64,000 nt of DNA from Candidatus Saccharimonadales bacterium (GCA_035479795.1 DATIII010000008.1:30487-94486), one strand, 5' to 3'. Counted from the first letter of the stretch, positions 50,905 through 60,377 are shown. Numbers and translations: made by a program. Notes: generated by a model not told the origin, from the sequence alone.

Positions 50905-53388
50905 CTAGTCTTTGACCGGAGCCAACGCCTTGAGACTCAGCTGGCCGTCCTTGGCCGTCACCGAAATGGTATCGCCCTCCTTGAAATCACCCTTTAGCAG
51001 GCCAACTGCCAGCGGATCTTCAATCATATCCTGAATCGCCCGGCGCATCGGCCGAGCGCCTTGATCCACATTGTAGCCTTTCTCGATCAAGGCGTCCTTG
51101 GCTGAAGCGGCTACCCGCAAGGTCAGGTTTTGTTCCTTAATCCGATCGGCCAGCGCCCGCAACTGCAATTCCAGAATCTGACGGATGTGAGTCTTGCTCA
51201 GCGGCTTAAACACAACCACATCATCTACGCGATTGAGAAATTCTGGCCGAAAGCTCTTTTTGAGTGCATCCATCACCTGCTCCTTGACTCGCTCATGATG
51301 CTGCTCAAGCTCGCGCTCCTCGGCCTTGGTTTCCGCCTGAAAGCCTAGCTGCGCCTCCTTATACATCGTCTCTGCCCCAACGTTAGAGGTCATAATAATG
51401 ATGGCGTTACGGAAGTCCACTCGCCGACCCTTGGCGTCGGTGACATGCCCGTCCTCCAAGATCTGCAGTAGCATGTTGAAAACATCCGGATGGGCCTTTT
51501 CTATCTCATCAAACAGGATCAGGCTGTAAGGTTTGCGCCGCACCATTTCGGTTAACTGGCCACCCTCTTCGTAGCCAATGTAGCCGGCCGGAGCACCGAC
51601 CAAGCGCGCCACGTTATGCTTCTCCATAAACTCACTCATGTCGATCTTAATCAAGGCGTCGCGACTATCAAACATCTCCTCACTCAAAACTCGAGCCAGC
51701 TCGGTCTTACCCACACCGGTCGGCCCGAGAAAGATAAACGAGCCGATTGGCCGCCGGGTATCAGACACACCGGTGCGACTCCGGCGGATGGCCCGGGCAA
51801 TCGAACTAACCGCCTCGTTCTGAGCAATAATCCGTGCATCCAAACGCTGATCCAATTCGCTAAGCGACTTCATTTCGGTATCAATCAGGCGAGTGGCTGG
51901 GATACCAGTCATGACACTGATTACCTGGGCAATGTCTTCAGCCGTGATCCGTAAGGCGTCCTCACTGAGACCCTCTTTGACCCTGGCAGCCGTAATCCTT
52001 TGCTCGAGCACGCTAGCTTTGGTCTTCAGCCGCGCAGCCGCTTCAAAGTCTTGCTCGTTAACAGCGTCTTCGATCTGAGTATTAATGTCTGTCAGCTGTT
52101 TTTGCATGGTTCGTAGGGGCTTTGAGGTGGCACCCCGCTTAATACGCACCAATGAAGCCGCCTCGTCTACAAGATCGATGGCCTTATCCGGCAGAAAGCG
52201 ATCAGCCACATAGCGATGGGCCAGTTTGGCCGCGTGGGCAATCGCCTCTTCGGTGATCTCTACCCGATGGTGCTCTTCGTAGCGAGCCCGGAGACCGTGT
52301 AACACCTCCACCGTCTCTTCCACGGTGGCTTCGGGAACCTGTACCGGCTGGAAGCGGCGTTCTAGAGCCGAATCTTTTTCAATATATTTGCGATATTCTT
52401 CCAGAGTGGTGGCGCCAATCACTTGGATCTCACCCCGGCTTAAGGCCGGCTTTAAGATATTGGCAGCGTCTATAGCCCCCTCGGCCGCACCAGCCCCCAC
52501 CACCGTATGCAGCTCGTCGATAAATAAAATGACATCCTTATTAGCCTTGGCCTCTTCCAGCAGTTTCTTTAATCGCTCCTCGAACTCACCACGGTATTTG
52601 GTGCCCGCAATCACACTGGCCAAATCCAGCATTAGAATACGTTTTTGCTGGAGCATCTCTGGCACCTCGTCGGCCACTACCCGCTGGGCCAGGCCTTCGA
52701 CAATGGCCGTCTTGCCCACTCCTGGCTCTCCGATAAGAACTGGATTATTCTTCGAACGGCGATTGAGAATGGTAATGACTCGACCAATCTGGTCTTCGCG
52801 CCCGACCACCGGATCGAGCTCACCATCGGCCGCCTTGGTCGTCAGATCAATAGCAAAGCTATCCAAGGCTGGCGTTTTTGATTTTGACTTCTTACCAGAA
52901 CCCGTGGCGGTGCGAACTTCATCGGCCGGAAAGAATTGCTGATTAGACAAAAAGCCCTCTAGCTCCGAGCGCACAGCCGCCGGATCCACCTGCATTTCTT
53001 TAAGCAAGGCATTGGCCCTGGCGTTCTTTTGACTCAAAATTGCAAAAAGAATGTGCTCCGTACCCGAATATGGCTGCCCAAATTCGCGGGCAATCCGCCA
53101 AGAAAGCGTCAGGGTGGTCTTGGCCGTCTCGCTTAAGCCCTTGTGCTGAGAATGGGCCAAAACTTTTTGGGAGAAGCTGAGCACCATGTGAGCCTTATCC
53201 AGAGTCACACCGGCATTCTTTAAAATCTTGGCTCCAATGGAGCCTTCCTGCTGCAGCACACCGAGCAGGATGTGTTCCGTCCCAATATAACTGGAGGACA
53301 TCGCCTGAGCTACTTGGTCGGCATTCTCTAGGCTACGCTTGGCGTTTTCAGTAAACCGGTCAAATTCTGGTCCAAATTCGAGACTCAT
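50905..53388 (-). CDS. clpC: ClpC-type AAA+ ATPase
   Basis: Clp-N repeats, [11 protein letters not shown] motif, GPTGVGKT. Confidence 0.95.
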   Translation of the reverse strand: MSLEFGPEFDRFTENAKRSLENADQVAQAMSSSYIGTEHILLGVLQQEGSIGAKILKNAGVTLDKAHMVLSFSQKVLAHSQHKGLSETAKTTLTLSWRIAREFGQPYSGTEHILFAILSQKNARANALLKEMQVDPAAVRSELEGFLSNQQFFPADEVRTATGSGKKSKSKTPALDSFAIDLTTKAADGELDPVVGREDQIGRVITILNRRSKNNPVLIGEPGVGKTAIVEGLAQRVVADEVPEMLQQKRILMLDLASVIAGTKYRGEFEERLKKLLEEAKANKDVILFIDELHTVVGAGAAEGAIDAANILKPALSRGEIQVIGATTLEEYRKYIEKDSALERRFQPVQVPEATVEETVEVLHGLRARYEEHHRVEITEEAIAHAAKLAHRYVADRFLPDKAIDLVDEAASLVRIKRGATSKPLRTMQKQLTDINTQIEDAVNEQDFEAAARLKTKASVLEQRITAARVKEGLSEDALRITAEDIAQVISVMTGIPATRLIDTEMKSLSELDQRLDARIIAQNEAVSSIARAIRRSRTGVSDTRRPIGSFIFLGPTGVGKTELARVLSEEMFDSRDALIKIDMSEFMEKHNVARLVGAPAGYIGYEEGGQLTEMVRRKPYSLILFDEIEKAHPDVFNMLLQILEDGHVTDAKGRRVDFRNAIIIMTSNVGAETMYKEAQLGFQAETKAEERELEQHHERVKEQVMDALKKSFRPEFLNRVDDVVVFKPLSKTHIRQILELQLRALADRIKEQNLTLRVAASAKDALIEKGYNVDQGARPMRRAIQDMIEDPLAVGLLKGDFKEGDTISVTAKDGQLSLKALAPVKD

Positions 53389-53442
53389 ATGCTCCTTTCC
53401 CCTCTGCTTGCAGGTGCATTTTTGGTTTGCATTAATCCCATA

Positions 53443-53469
53443 TTAGCACTCTAGACATGAGAGTGCTAG
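53443..53469. promoter_or_regulatory. CIRCE element upstream of clpC
   Basis: TTAGCACTC-tagacatga-GAGTGCTAG. Confidence 0.88.
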
Positions 53470-53550
53470 TGGGATTTTGATTGATAATTACGCAAAGGGC
53501 ACGTGCTGTGACGTACCCTTATTGTACCATTTTGAATGTGGATTTATAGA

Positions 53551-54822
53551 TTAAGAAGCCGGAGTTTCGTCGGTCTTGGCTTCATCACTTTCGATCGACT
53601 CGACTACTTCAGGAGCGTCAGAAACTTTAGGCTCAGCGGCAGCTTCCGCTGTTTCCTCGGCCTGTTCGTTAACAGCATCAATTAACGAGCCCTCTAGGTC
53701 TACCCGGCCCTTCTTTGGTGCGGGCTCCTCAGCGGCCTCGGCCGTAGCTTCCACCTTAGCCTCATCAGCACTAACAATATCGATATTCCAACCAGTCAGC
53801 TTGGCCGCCAAGCGCACATTCTGCCCTTGTTTACCAATCGCTAGGCTCAGCTGATCTTCTGGAACCTTTACCACGGCCTTGTGCTCGGCCTCATCCAGCT
53901 CAACGCTAATCACCTTGGTCGGACTTAGGGCATTGATGATGTAGGTCTCGGCATCCTCGCTGTAGAGGATGATATCGATCTTTTCCTCACCTAGCTCGCC
54001 CATAACGGCCTGTACGCGAGCGCCACGGCCACCGACAAAGGTGCCGACTGGGTCAACACTATCTGAATTCGACTTTACAGCCACTTTAGACCGAGTACCG
54101 GCCTCGCGTGAAACACCTTTAATCTCAACCACGCCGGTCTCGATCTCTGGTACTTCCAGCTCAAACAGCCGCTCGACCATCTTGGGGTGAGCCCGGCTAA
54201 TCACAACCTGAGGCCCGCGAGCGGTTTGTTCAACCCGAACCAAGTAAACCTTCAGTCGCTGTCCGGGATAGTAGCGCTCACCGGGGATCTGCTCCGATGC
54301 AAACAGCACACCGTTGGTCTTGCCAATGTCCACGTAGGTAATATTGCCATCCACGCGTTGGACATTGCCATTAAGCAGGGTGTCCGCCTTGTCGGTGTAC
54401 TCATTAAAGATAATCTCGCGCTCAGCTTCACGCAGTCGCTGAATAATCACCTGTTTCGCGGTTTGGGCAGCGACTCGTCCAAAGCCTTCGCCTGGGTCAA
54501 CTTCCATCTCCACCTTATACGGCTCATCTTCGCTCTCCGGATCGACCTCGATAACCTTGGCGTCCTTATCCAGCTTCCTGGCATCAGCCAGCAGAATCTG
54601 AGTATTTTCGTTTTCGACCTCGTTAACCACTTCCTTGGACACAAAGACCTTCATATCGCCCGTGTCTTCATTGAGCTTTACGCGAACATCTTGATCCTTA
54701 TCGCCATAGTCCTTTTTATAGGCGGCAGCCAGAGCAGCCTCAACCGTATCGAGGATGGTTTCTCGGGGCAGGCCCTTTTCGTCAGCGATCTGATTAATGG
54801 CGGTTAAAAATTGTGCATTCAT
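53551..54822 (-). CDS. nusA: Transcription factor NusA (start MNAQF)
   Basis: FGRVAAQTAKQVIIQ, S1 and KH domains, AIGKQGQNVRLA. Confidence 0.96.
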   Translation of the reverse strand: MNAQFLTAINQIADEKGLPRETILDTVEAALAAAYKKDYGDKDQDVRVKLNEDTGDMKVFVSKEVVNEVENENTQILLADARKLDKDAKVIEVDPESEDEPYKVEMEVDPGEGFGRVAAQTAKQVIIQRLREAEREIIFNEYTDKADTLLNGNVQRVDGNITYVDIGKTNGVLFASEQIPGERYYPGQRLKVYLVRVEQTARGPQVVISRAHPKMVERLFELEVPEIETGVVEIKGVSREAGTRSKVAVKSNSDSVDPVGTFVGGRGARVQAVMGELGEEKIDIILYSEDAETYIINALSPTKVISVELDEAEHKAVVKVPEDQLSLAIGKQGQNVRLAAKLTGWNIDIVSADEAKVEATAEAAEEPAPKKGRVDLEGSLIDAVNEQAEETAEAAAEPKVSDAPEVVESIESDEAKTDETPAS

Positions 54823-54972
54823 ATGTTTCTTCCTATTCAATTGTTATTTAACTGTAAAGAAAAGCCGGCATTCAACCGGCTTCCGTATGGAGTAATATTA
54901 GCAAAAATAACCTGGAAAAGCAAACGCCCCGCCGGTAGCAGAGCGAGGCGCTTGCTGGTGGGCGGGGCGGAT

Positions 54973-55383
54973 TTACCGCATCGGTCGACGGTAGTTGTAG
55001 ACCGGTGGGTTCTGTGGGTCCTGAGGTTCCGGGAAGAATTTGCGCTGACGGGAGGACCGCAGCTGATCTTCGCCTTCGGTCAAGACCGGCCAGTCGAAGT
55101 TGATCTTCGGCTCGGCTCGGGACGGAGCCCGACGAGTCTTGATCTGTCGCCGACGGTAGTTGCTGCACTGACGCACATAGTCGCAAACCAGGTAGATGGC
55201 CAGTAGCCCGAGCAGCAACGCTCCTCCGAAGAAGAGGCCAAAATCGCTGTCGGCGGACTTGAGCCCAGCCTGGTCGGCGTAGGGATTGTCCGGGTACTTC
55301 ACAGCTGCGGCCAGGGCGATGGAAACACCAGCGACCAGCGTGCAAATTGCAGCCAGGTACAACGCCAGCTTACTCGGCATCAT
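54973..55383 (-). CDS. Hypothetical membrane protein (GC-rich accessory cassette)
   Basis: GAGGAG SD, two hydrophobic helices, TGcTATTAT box upstream, hairpin downstream. Confidence 0.6.
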   Translation of the reverse strand: MMPSKLALYLAAICTLVAGVSIALAAAVKYPDNPYADQAGLKSADSDFGLFFGGALLLGLLAIYLVCDYVRQCSNYRRRQIKTRRAPSRAEPKINFDWPVLTEGEDQLRSSRQRKFFPEPQDPQNPPVYNYRRPMR

Positions 55384-55488
55384 TCTCCTCAGGGGGTGAG
55401 TTGTGGGGGACGGCTCAATTCACTAATCGAGCTTGGCGACAATAATAGCACTTATGGTTAGGTTTGTCAATGCTTCGTAACCGGTAAA

Positions 55489-57297
55489 TCAGGTTATTTT
55501 ACCTAGTTTTTTGGCTAGTTTTTCCGTGTCATTAAGCAGTCTTTCTATCTCTTTTAAACCCTGCACCCAGAACTGCTTATCTGATATGTCGATTCCCAGA
55601 TCGGCAAAAGCTGCCTTAGGTGATTTTGAGGTGCCGACAGATAGGAACTCTTTAACTTTGGCTACAAATCGCTTATCCTGGCGCACCTTGGCCTGCATTG
55701 ATTTAGAGATTAGCAAGCCGCTGGCATAGGAGTAGACATAGAAAAAGCTGCGGAAGTGCGGAACAAATAGCCACCAGTTCCCCGAGCCCTCAGATTGTTC
55801 CACTGCCGGACCCATGTAGGCCTCCATTTCGGCTTTGAACAGGTGGCCGATATCATCTTTGGACAGATAGCCCTTATCTCGGAAGTCGGCATGTAGTCGC
55901 TGCTCAAACCGGTAGAACGAGATCTGGCGATAAATAGTGGAAACCATGTCGTTAAGCTGGCTCATTTGCAAAGCCAACCTTTCTTCATCACTGGCTTCCC
56001 CCAACAGGCGCTCCAGCACAAAATCCTCCATAAACGTGCTGGCCACTTCGGCCGTCACCATGGGAATACCGCAGTTGATGGCATTCTGCTTGGCCTTCAT
56101 TAGTTCATTGTTAATGCCGTGGCCGAGCTCATGCGCCAGCGTCGCAACATCTCGGAGTTTATTGGTGTGATTCAGCAAAATATAGGTGGGAATGGCCAAG
56201 CTCCATTGCCCAGCACAGAAGGCCCCACCCCGCTTACCCTTGTAAGGGAATGCATCAATCTGGCCGTTCTTCAGGAATCGAGCAAAGATACCCCCGAACT
56301 CCGGATCTAAATCTGTAAACACCCCATGGACGAGCTGACTGGCAGACTCGAAGTCGTACTCCTTTTCCACCGAGCCGTATTCCACATTGCGCTCGTGGTA
56401 CTCGAGCTTTTCCTGACCCATCAGCTTGGCCTTTAGCTCATAGTAGCGGCGGGGAATCTCATTACCATCCGTGATGGCCGCGACTAGAGCGTCGATCACT
56501 TCGCTGTCGACATCGTCACCCACATGGCGCGCCTTATCGGGCCTCTCATACCCTCGAAGCTGATCTTTAATCTTCTTGGTCTCCAAAATTGCATTGAATT
56601 CGTTTTCGGCCACTTCGGCAAATTTGTAGAGAACATCGTTCAAGGCTACAGCTGCTTCATCTCGAACTGGCTTTTGGGTACTGGAAATCAGAGAATGCAG
56701 CTGCTCGAAGTTCTGCACCTCCTTCTTACCGGCCTCGGTTATTACCTCCCGCTCTTCCTTGGCTAAAAAATTGCTGGTCATGGCCACCCATTTGCTAAAC
56801 GACGTGCTATCGAGCAGGGTCAGTATCTTTTCTTCGGGTTCCGTTAGCCGATACTTGGCCGAGGCGAAAGTTCGTTCTAGAGCATGGTGGTAAGGCTCAA
56901 GATCCGGTGAATTAAGAAAATCGGCTTGTTTGTCAGCTGGTATTTTGGCTATGTTAAGCCAGAAAAACTGCAGTTTGGTATTAATCTCTCGCGAAAACTC
57001 GTCTGATTGATTTTCTTTGGCCTTCAGATCAGAACTGATGGCGTCCTGCGAGGTGCGTAGACTGAAGTAATAGAGTTCGGCCACTGGTTCAGGCCGCCGC
57101 TCCAGGGCCTCCAGCTCATCAAGGGCCGCCTTGAGCACCCCCGGTTGCTCTAAATAATCCTTACGCTCGCGCCACTTCCCGGCGAAGTCTTCCGCCAGCT
57201 TGGTAGTAACCTCACGATACTTCTGAATATTAGGATCATCATCGCTTTTTAGCAGCGGCGAAAGTTCCCATTTAGTTTTTGCTGTGTCGAGGCTCAT
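55489..57297 (-). CDS. pepF: M3B oligoendopeptidase F family
   Basis: KRGGAFC, HELGH, AEVASTFME, PHF...FYVYSYA. Confidence 0.9.
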   Translation of the reverse strand: MSLDTAKTKWELSPLLKSDDDPNIQKYREVTTKLAEDFAGKWRERKDYLEQPGVLKAALDELEALERRPEPVAELYYFSLRTSQDAISSDLKAKENQSDEFSREINTKLQFFWLNIAKIPADKQADFLNSPDLEPYHHALERTFASAKYRLTEPEEKILTLLDSTSFSKWVAMTSNFLAKEEREVITEAGKKEVQNFEQLHSLISSTQKPVRDEAAVALNDVLYKFAEVAENEFNAILETKKIKDQLRGYERPDKARHVGDDVDSEVIDALVAAITDGNEIPRRYYELKAKLMGQEKLEYHERNVEYGSVEKEYDFESASQLVHGVFTDLDPEFGGIFARFLKNGQIDAFPYKGKRGGAFCAGQWSLAIPTYILLNHTNKLRDVATLAHELGHGINNELMKAKQNAINCGIPMVTAEVASTFMEDFVLERLLGEASDEERLALQMSQLNDMVSTIYRQISFYRFEQRLHADFRDKGYLSKDDIGHLFKAEMEAYMGPAVEQSEGSGNWWLFVPHFRSFFYVYSYASGLLISKSMQAKVRQDKRFVAKVKEFLSVGTSKSPKAAFADLGIDISDKQFWVQGLKEIERLLNDTEKLAKKLGKIT

Positions 57298-57314
57298 GAA
57301 GGTGATTATAGCAT

Positions 57315-57659
57315 CTAGCCAGACACGGCGTTGGGCAAATATTCTAAATTTTCTGGCTTGGCAGAGCCTGAAACGGCAATAACATCGATCTGATAATCCT
57401 CCGCCTTATCGCTCATCCACATCATCGCCGCTCGCCGCAGTCGCTGCTGCTTATCCGCGGTGATGTAGTCAAAACCGCTCCCATGGGTAGCGGTTTTGCG
57501 GTATTTAACTTCGATAAAGTGGGTTACGCCCGATCTGATAGCCACAATATCAATCTCGGCCCAGCGATTACGCCAGTTTCGCTGGATAATCTTAAACCCA
57601 GCCTCTTCCAGATACTGTGCCGCCACCTCCTCCGCTCGCTGGCCTATTTCAGTCGACAA
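57315..57659 (-). CDS. yraN: YraN/UPF0102 family protein
   Basis: G..AEE.A..YL, NWR..AEIDI, FIEVKYR. Confidence 0.9.
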   Translation of the reverse strand: MSTEIGQRAEEVAAQYLEEAGFKIIQRNWRNRWAEIDIVAIRSGVTHFIEVKYRKTATHGSGFDYITADKQQRLRRAAMMWMSDKAEDYQIDVIAVSGSAKPENLEYLPNAVSG

Positions 57660-58290
57660 TCTGGATCCTCAATCCCGCATCCTGAAACCCAGCCAAAGGC
57701 CTCCACCTGCGGCGGTGCTGTGGACTGAGCCCCAACAGATTTAAAGCGGCCCAGTGTGCCGGCGCACCATAGCCTTTGTGGCTGTCAAAGCCAAACTCTG
57801 GGTACATCAGAGCTAACCGCTGCATGTAATTATCCCTGGCCACCTTGGCAATAACAGAGGCGGCTGCCACACATAAGCTGCTTTGATCAGCCTTAATAAT
57901 CGACCTCGATCTGGCAAACTCCTTCAGATAGTTGTGATTGCCATCGAGCAGCACAGCGTCATAGGGCGATCTTAAGTCAGCCAACGCCCGCTGCCCGGCC
58001 CGCAGGACTGCTTCGGTCAAACCGTACTGGTCTACTTCAATTGGACTGGCCCAGCCGAGGCCAATAGCTACCGCCTGCTGTTTGATTAGCATGGAGGCCG
58101 ACTCTCGGGATAAACCGTCTAGCATCTTGGAATCTCGTACAGCACCTAGCCGACATCTTTCGGGCAATATCACCGCCGCGGCCGTCACCGGCCCAGCATA
58201 CGCGCCTCGACCAACCTCATCAATCCCGGCCACCAGGCGATGTCCCTGCTCCCACCATACTCTCTCCGCCTTGCGACTCGGCCTCTTCAT
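57649..58290 (-). CDS. rnhB: Ribonuclease HII
   Basis: GIDEVGRG, DSK, LLDG, AAASVIAKVARD. Confidence 0.95.
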   Translation of the reverse strand: MKRPSRKAERVWWEQGHRLVAGIDEVGRGAYAGPVTAAAVILPERCRLGAVRDSKMLDGLSRESASMLIKQQAVAIGLGWASPIEVDQYGLTEAVLRAGQRALADLRSPYDAVLLDGNHNYLKEFARSRSIIKADQSSLCVAAASVIAKVARDNYMQRLALMYPEFGFDSHKGYGAPAHWAALNLLGLSPQHRRRWRPLAGFQDAGLRIQIVD

Positions 58291-58305
58291 AGGGTTTAGA
58301 ATATC

Positions 58306-58334
58306 AAAAAAGCTCCGGCTGGGGAGCTTTTTTT
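58306..58334. terminator. Bidirectional-type intrinsic terminator after rplS
   Basis: A6-GCTCC...GGAGC-T7. Confidence 0.75.
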
Positions 58335-58347
58335 AAAAACTTAGGGT

Positions 58348-58971
58348 TTAGGATTGGTCGGCTTTTTCGACGCCGGCTTCGGCCTCTTGGTCGGCTAGCT
58401 GTTGCTCATCTGATTCGGCAGCAGGGTCATTCTGGGGCTCATCGGCGGCCGCTTCTTTACTCTCTTCTTTGGCTACTTCCTCGGTTGAAGTTTCGACTGC
58501 TACTTCCTCGGTAGCGCCATCTGTGGCAATCTCAGTCAGATCGGCATCAGAAACTTCATCGGTAGCCAGAGGGTCTTCATTAACCTCAGCCTTAACTTCA
58601 CTCACATTAGCGGCTGCGCGATCAAAGGTAACTTCTTTAAGCCGGGCTGATTTACCACGTCGCTCACGCAGGTAGCTTAAGAAGTTGCGGCGCACCCTGG
58701 CCCGGCGGACAACCTCCACCTTAGCCACGTTTGGTGAGTGGATCAAATAAGTCTTCTCCACTCCAACACCACTGGCAATCCGACGAACCGTAATGGTAGC
58801 CGAAAGCGTACCGAGGCGGCGGGTACGAATCACCACGCCTTCAAAAACCTGAACGCGCTGCTTATTACCTTCGCGAATCAGCTGATGAACCCGTACAGTA
58901 TCGCCAGACTGGATCTGGGCCACGGCCGGTTTGCGATTTTGCTGCTCTAATTTAGTAATTGCCGGATGCAT
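58348..58971 (-). CDS. rplS: 50S ribosomal protein L19 with long acidic C-terminal tail (start MHPAI)
   Basis: [24 protein letters not shown]. Confidence 0.95.
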   Translation of the reverse strand: MHPAITKLEQQNRKPAVAQIQSGDTVRVHQLIREGNKQRVQVFEGVVIRTRRLGTLSATITVRRIASGVGVEKTYLIHSPNVAKVEVVRRARVRRNFLSYLRERRGKSARLKEVTFDRAAANVSEVKAEVNEDPLATDEVSDADLTEIATDGATEEVAVETSTEEVAKEESKEAAADEPQNDPAAESDEQQLADQEAEAGVEKADQS

Positions 58972-58981
58972 AACTCGATTG

Positions 58982-59010
58982 AGTATAGCCAATAATTGCA
59001 TATCTGTAAA
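58982..59010 (-). promoter_or_regulatory. rplS promoter
   Basis: TTTACA-17 nt-TATACT, ending 10 nt before the ATG. Confidence 0.7.
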
Positions 59011-59015
59011 GTTGG

Positions 59016-59050
59016 TTGCTAGATGGGGAGAGAACGTCCCCATCTAGCAA
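59016..59050. other. Perfect 14-bp inverted repeat over the RT stop codon
   Basis: TTGCTAGATGGGGA-gagaacg-TCCCCATCTAGCAA. Confidence 0.85.
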
Positions 59051-60135
59051 GGAATATCGGCACGAGACGCTTTCGCCGCCTTGAGGGACTCTCGATAACG
59101 AGCATAGGCAGCCAAAACTCGCCTTTCAGTGGCATTCAACCGTCGTCCATCACGTTCGGTCGCGCTGTAGAACCAGCCCATCATGCCATGGACCAAATCG
59201 GGCGAAACATCGCCCTTGGTGCTTGCGCGATGGATTAGTCCTTCAATCTTTGACAATGACCGACGAGGCAAATACATCCGAACGCCGCGAGAAGCCTGAC
59301 GTAAACCTATGCCGTTAATGACAATAGGCGCCCGGGCCAGGTCATACAGGTGGGTCTTGCCAGTGTGGGCTTCGAAGCCGGCCTCGCGAATTATACGGTT
59401 GATGTTTGCTCGCTTGCGCTTGCCTATCGGCTGACGGCTAACGAACACCAAGTCGTCCACAAACCGGCCATAGGTCAGACCATTACGATCGGCCCAGGTC
59501 GGTTTGCCCACATCTTCCGGGCGCTTCCAACCGAAGCGATTGGAGTGGTAGAAGCGAAGGTCTAGCAAATGATGAGCATAAAGCCCAAACAAATACGGAG
59601 ACGCTGGCCCGCCTTGCACGAGACCTCCGTCTGGAGTAAAGAAGTAGCGTCGCAGCATGTCTTTTAGCTGAACAGGGTTACCCCAGACGCCAGATACGCC
59701 GTCATTCCGAATGAGGAGCTTTGCCATGCAGCCCAACTCGACTGAACCGAAGGCATTGCGCAGGTCGATGTAATAAACGTAGCGGCCCTTGCCAAGGACG
59801 TAGCGGCTCAGCGGCCGCCGATACCCTGGGCCTCCAGTGCCGCGCAGATCCATGACCTTGGTCATGCGCCGGTGGACTTCGCGCATGGCGTCATTCGGCC
59901 GCCACAACGGGCGGCTAGAAACTGCTTGGTTAAACAAAGTTAGTTGTACTCCGGCGCCTGGCCAGTCCGACTGCCCTGCTAGGGGCTCAAAGGCTGGAAC
60001 TTGCTCCAAGCCACGATCGATAACTTCCGCCAGAGGCAGGAAGTCTCCCCGCGAGCCGTCATCGCGGATTCTTCTTAGGAAGTCATATGGATCACGATCA
60101 ATCCAGTCGAGATCAAAGGAGTTGTCGAGGTGCAT
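59044..60135 (-). CDS. Divergent retron-like reverse transcriptase (363 aa)
   Basis: RT motifs in order: RPLWRP, YIDLRNAFGSV (D124), GLVQGGPASP, YGRFVDDLVF (225-228), GFEAHTGKT, VINGIGL. Confidence 0.88.
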   Translation of the reverse strand: MHLDNSFDLDWIDRDPYDFLRRIRDDGSRGDFLPLAEVIDRGLEQVPAFEPLAGQSDWPGAGVQLTLFNQAVSSRPLWRPNDAMREVHRRMTKVMDLRGTGGPGYRRPLSRYVLGKGRYVYYIDLRNAFGSVELGCMAKLLIRNDGVSGVWGNPVQLKDMLRRYFFTPDGGLVQGGPASPYLFGLYAHHLLDLRFYHSNRFGWKRPEDVGKPTWADRNGLTYGRFVDDLVFVSRQPIGKRKRANINRIIREAGFEAHTGKTHLYDLARAPIVINGIGLRQASRGVRMYLPRRSLSKIEGLIHRASTKGDVSPDLVHGMMGWFYSATERDGRRLNATERRVLAAYARYRESLKAAKASRADIPC

Positions 60136-60150
60136 GATCTTCTTTCGGTT

Positions 60151-60343
60151 TGCGGCGATAGCCGGAGACCGGCATCCGATCCTACTTTTGAGCCTGAGGT
60201 TAGTTGTGCTACCGCCACTGCTCGCGCGCTTGGCGCTCTGGTGTGCGATCCCTACGTAGAGAACGCTGCTCCGCCGTTTGAACGACGAAGGCCATCATGA
60301 TGATGGCAATTCAAATCGGATGTTAACCCGGCCTCCGGCCGCA
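60151..60343 (-). ncRNA. Putative RT-associated structured ncRNA (msr/msd-like position)
   Basis: Long-range closing stems of 12 bp and 8 bp enclose three hairpins. Most non-Watson-Crick positions are G-U only on the RT sense strand. Located directly upstream of the RT ATG. Confidence 0.7.
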
Positions 60344-60361
60344 CTTCCCTAGCTCACCCCG

Positions 60362-60370
60362 ATTTTAGCA
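60362..60370 (-). promoter_or_regulatory. Extended -10 promoter for the ncRNA-RT unit
   Basis: TGcTAAAAT starting 7 nt after the dnaE stop; predicted start ~60355. Confidence 0.55.
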
Positions 60371-60377
60371 TAAGAAC

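Noticed and set aside
58972-59043. N-terminal extension of L19 in the ORF track (likewise for rplC, rpsE, rplW, rpoB, rpoC, tig and nusA)
   Set aside because: The upstream in-frame starts overlap promoters, hairpins or neighbouring genes. Starts were moved to the conserved N-termini.
59044-60135. RT as part of a DGR, group II intron or CRISPR-associated RT
   Set aside because: It has QGGPASP rather than the DGR-type SQ motif, and I saw no TR/VR repeat pair or avd gene. No domain V/VI RNA follows the ORF, no host gene is interrupted, and there is no cas gene or array.
60205-60246. GCACA direct repeat 37 nt apart in the putative template region, suggesting DRT2-like template jumping; the concatemer is stop-free on the plus strand
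   Set aside because: A 5-mer repeat and a stop-free 37-mer are both easily due to chance in GC-rich sequence. Only cDNA sequencing could support it.
59837-60259. 140-aa plus-strand ORF overlapping the RT and ncRNA as a possible effector
   Set aside because: It is antisense to the RT, with no SD or recognisable motif; probably a shadow ORF.
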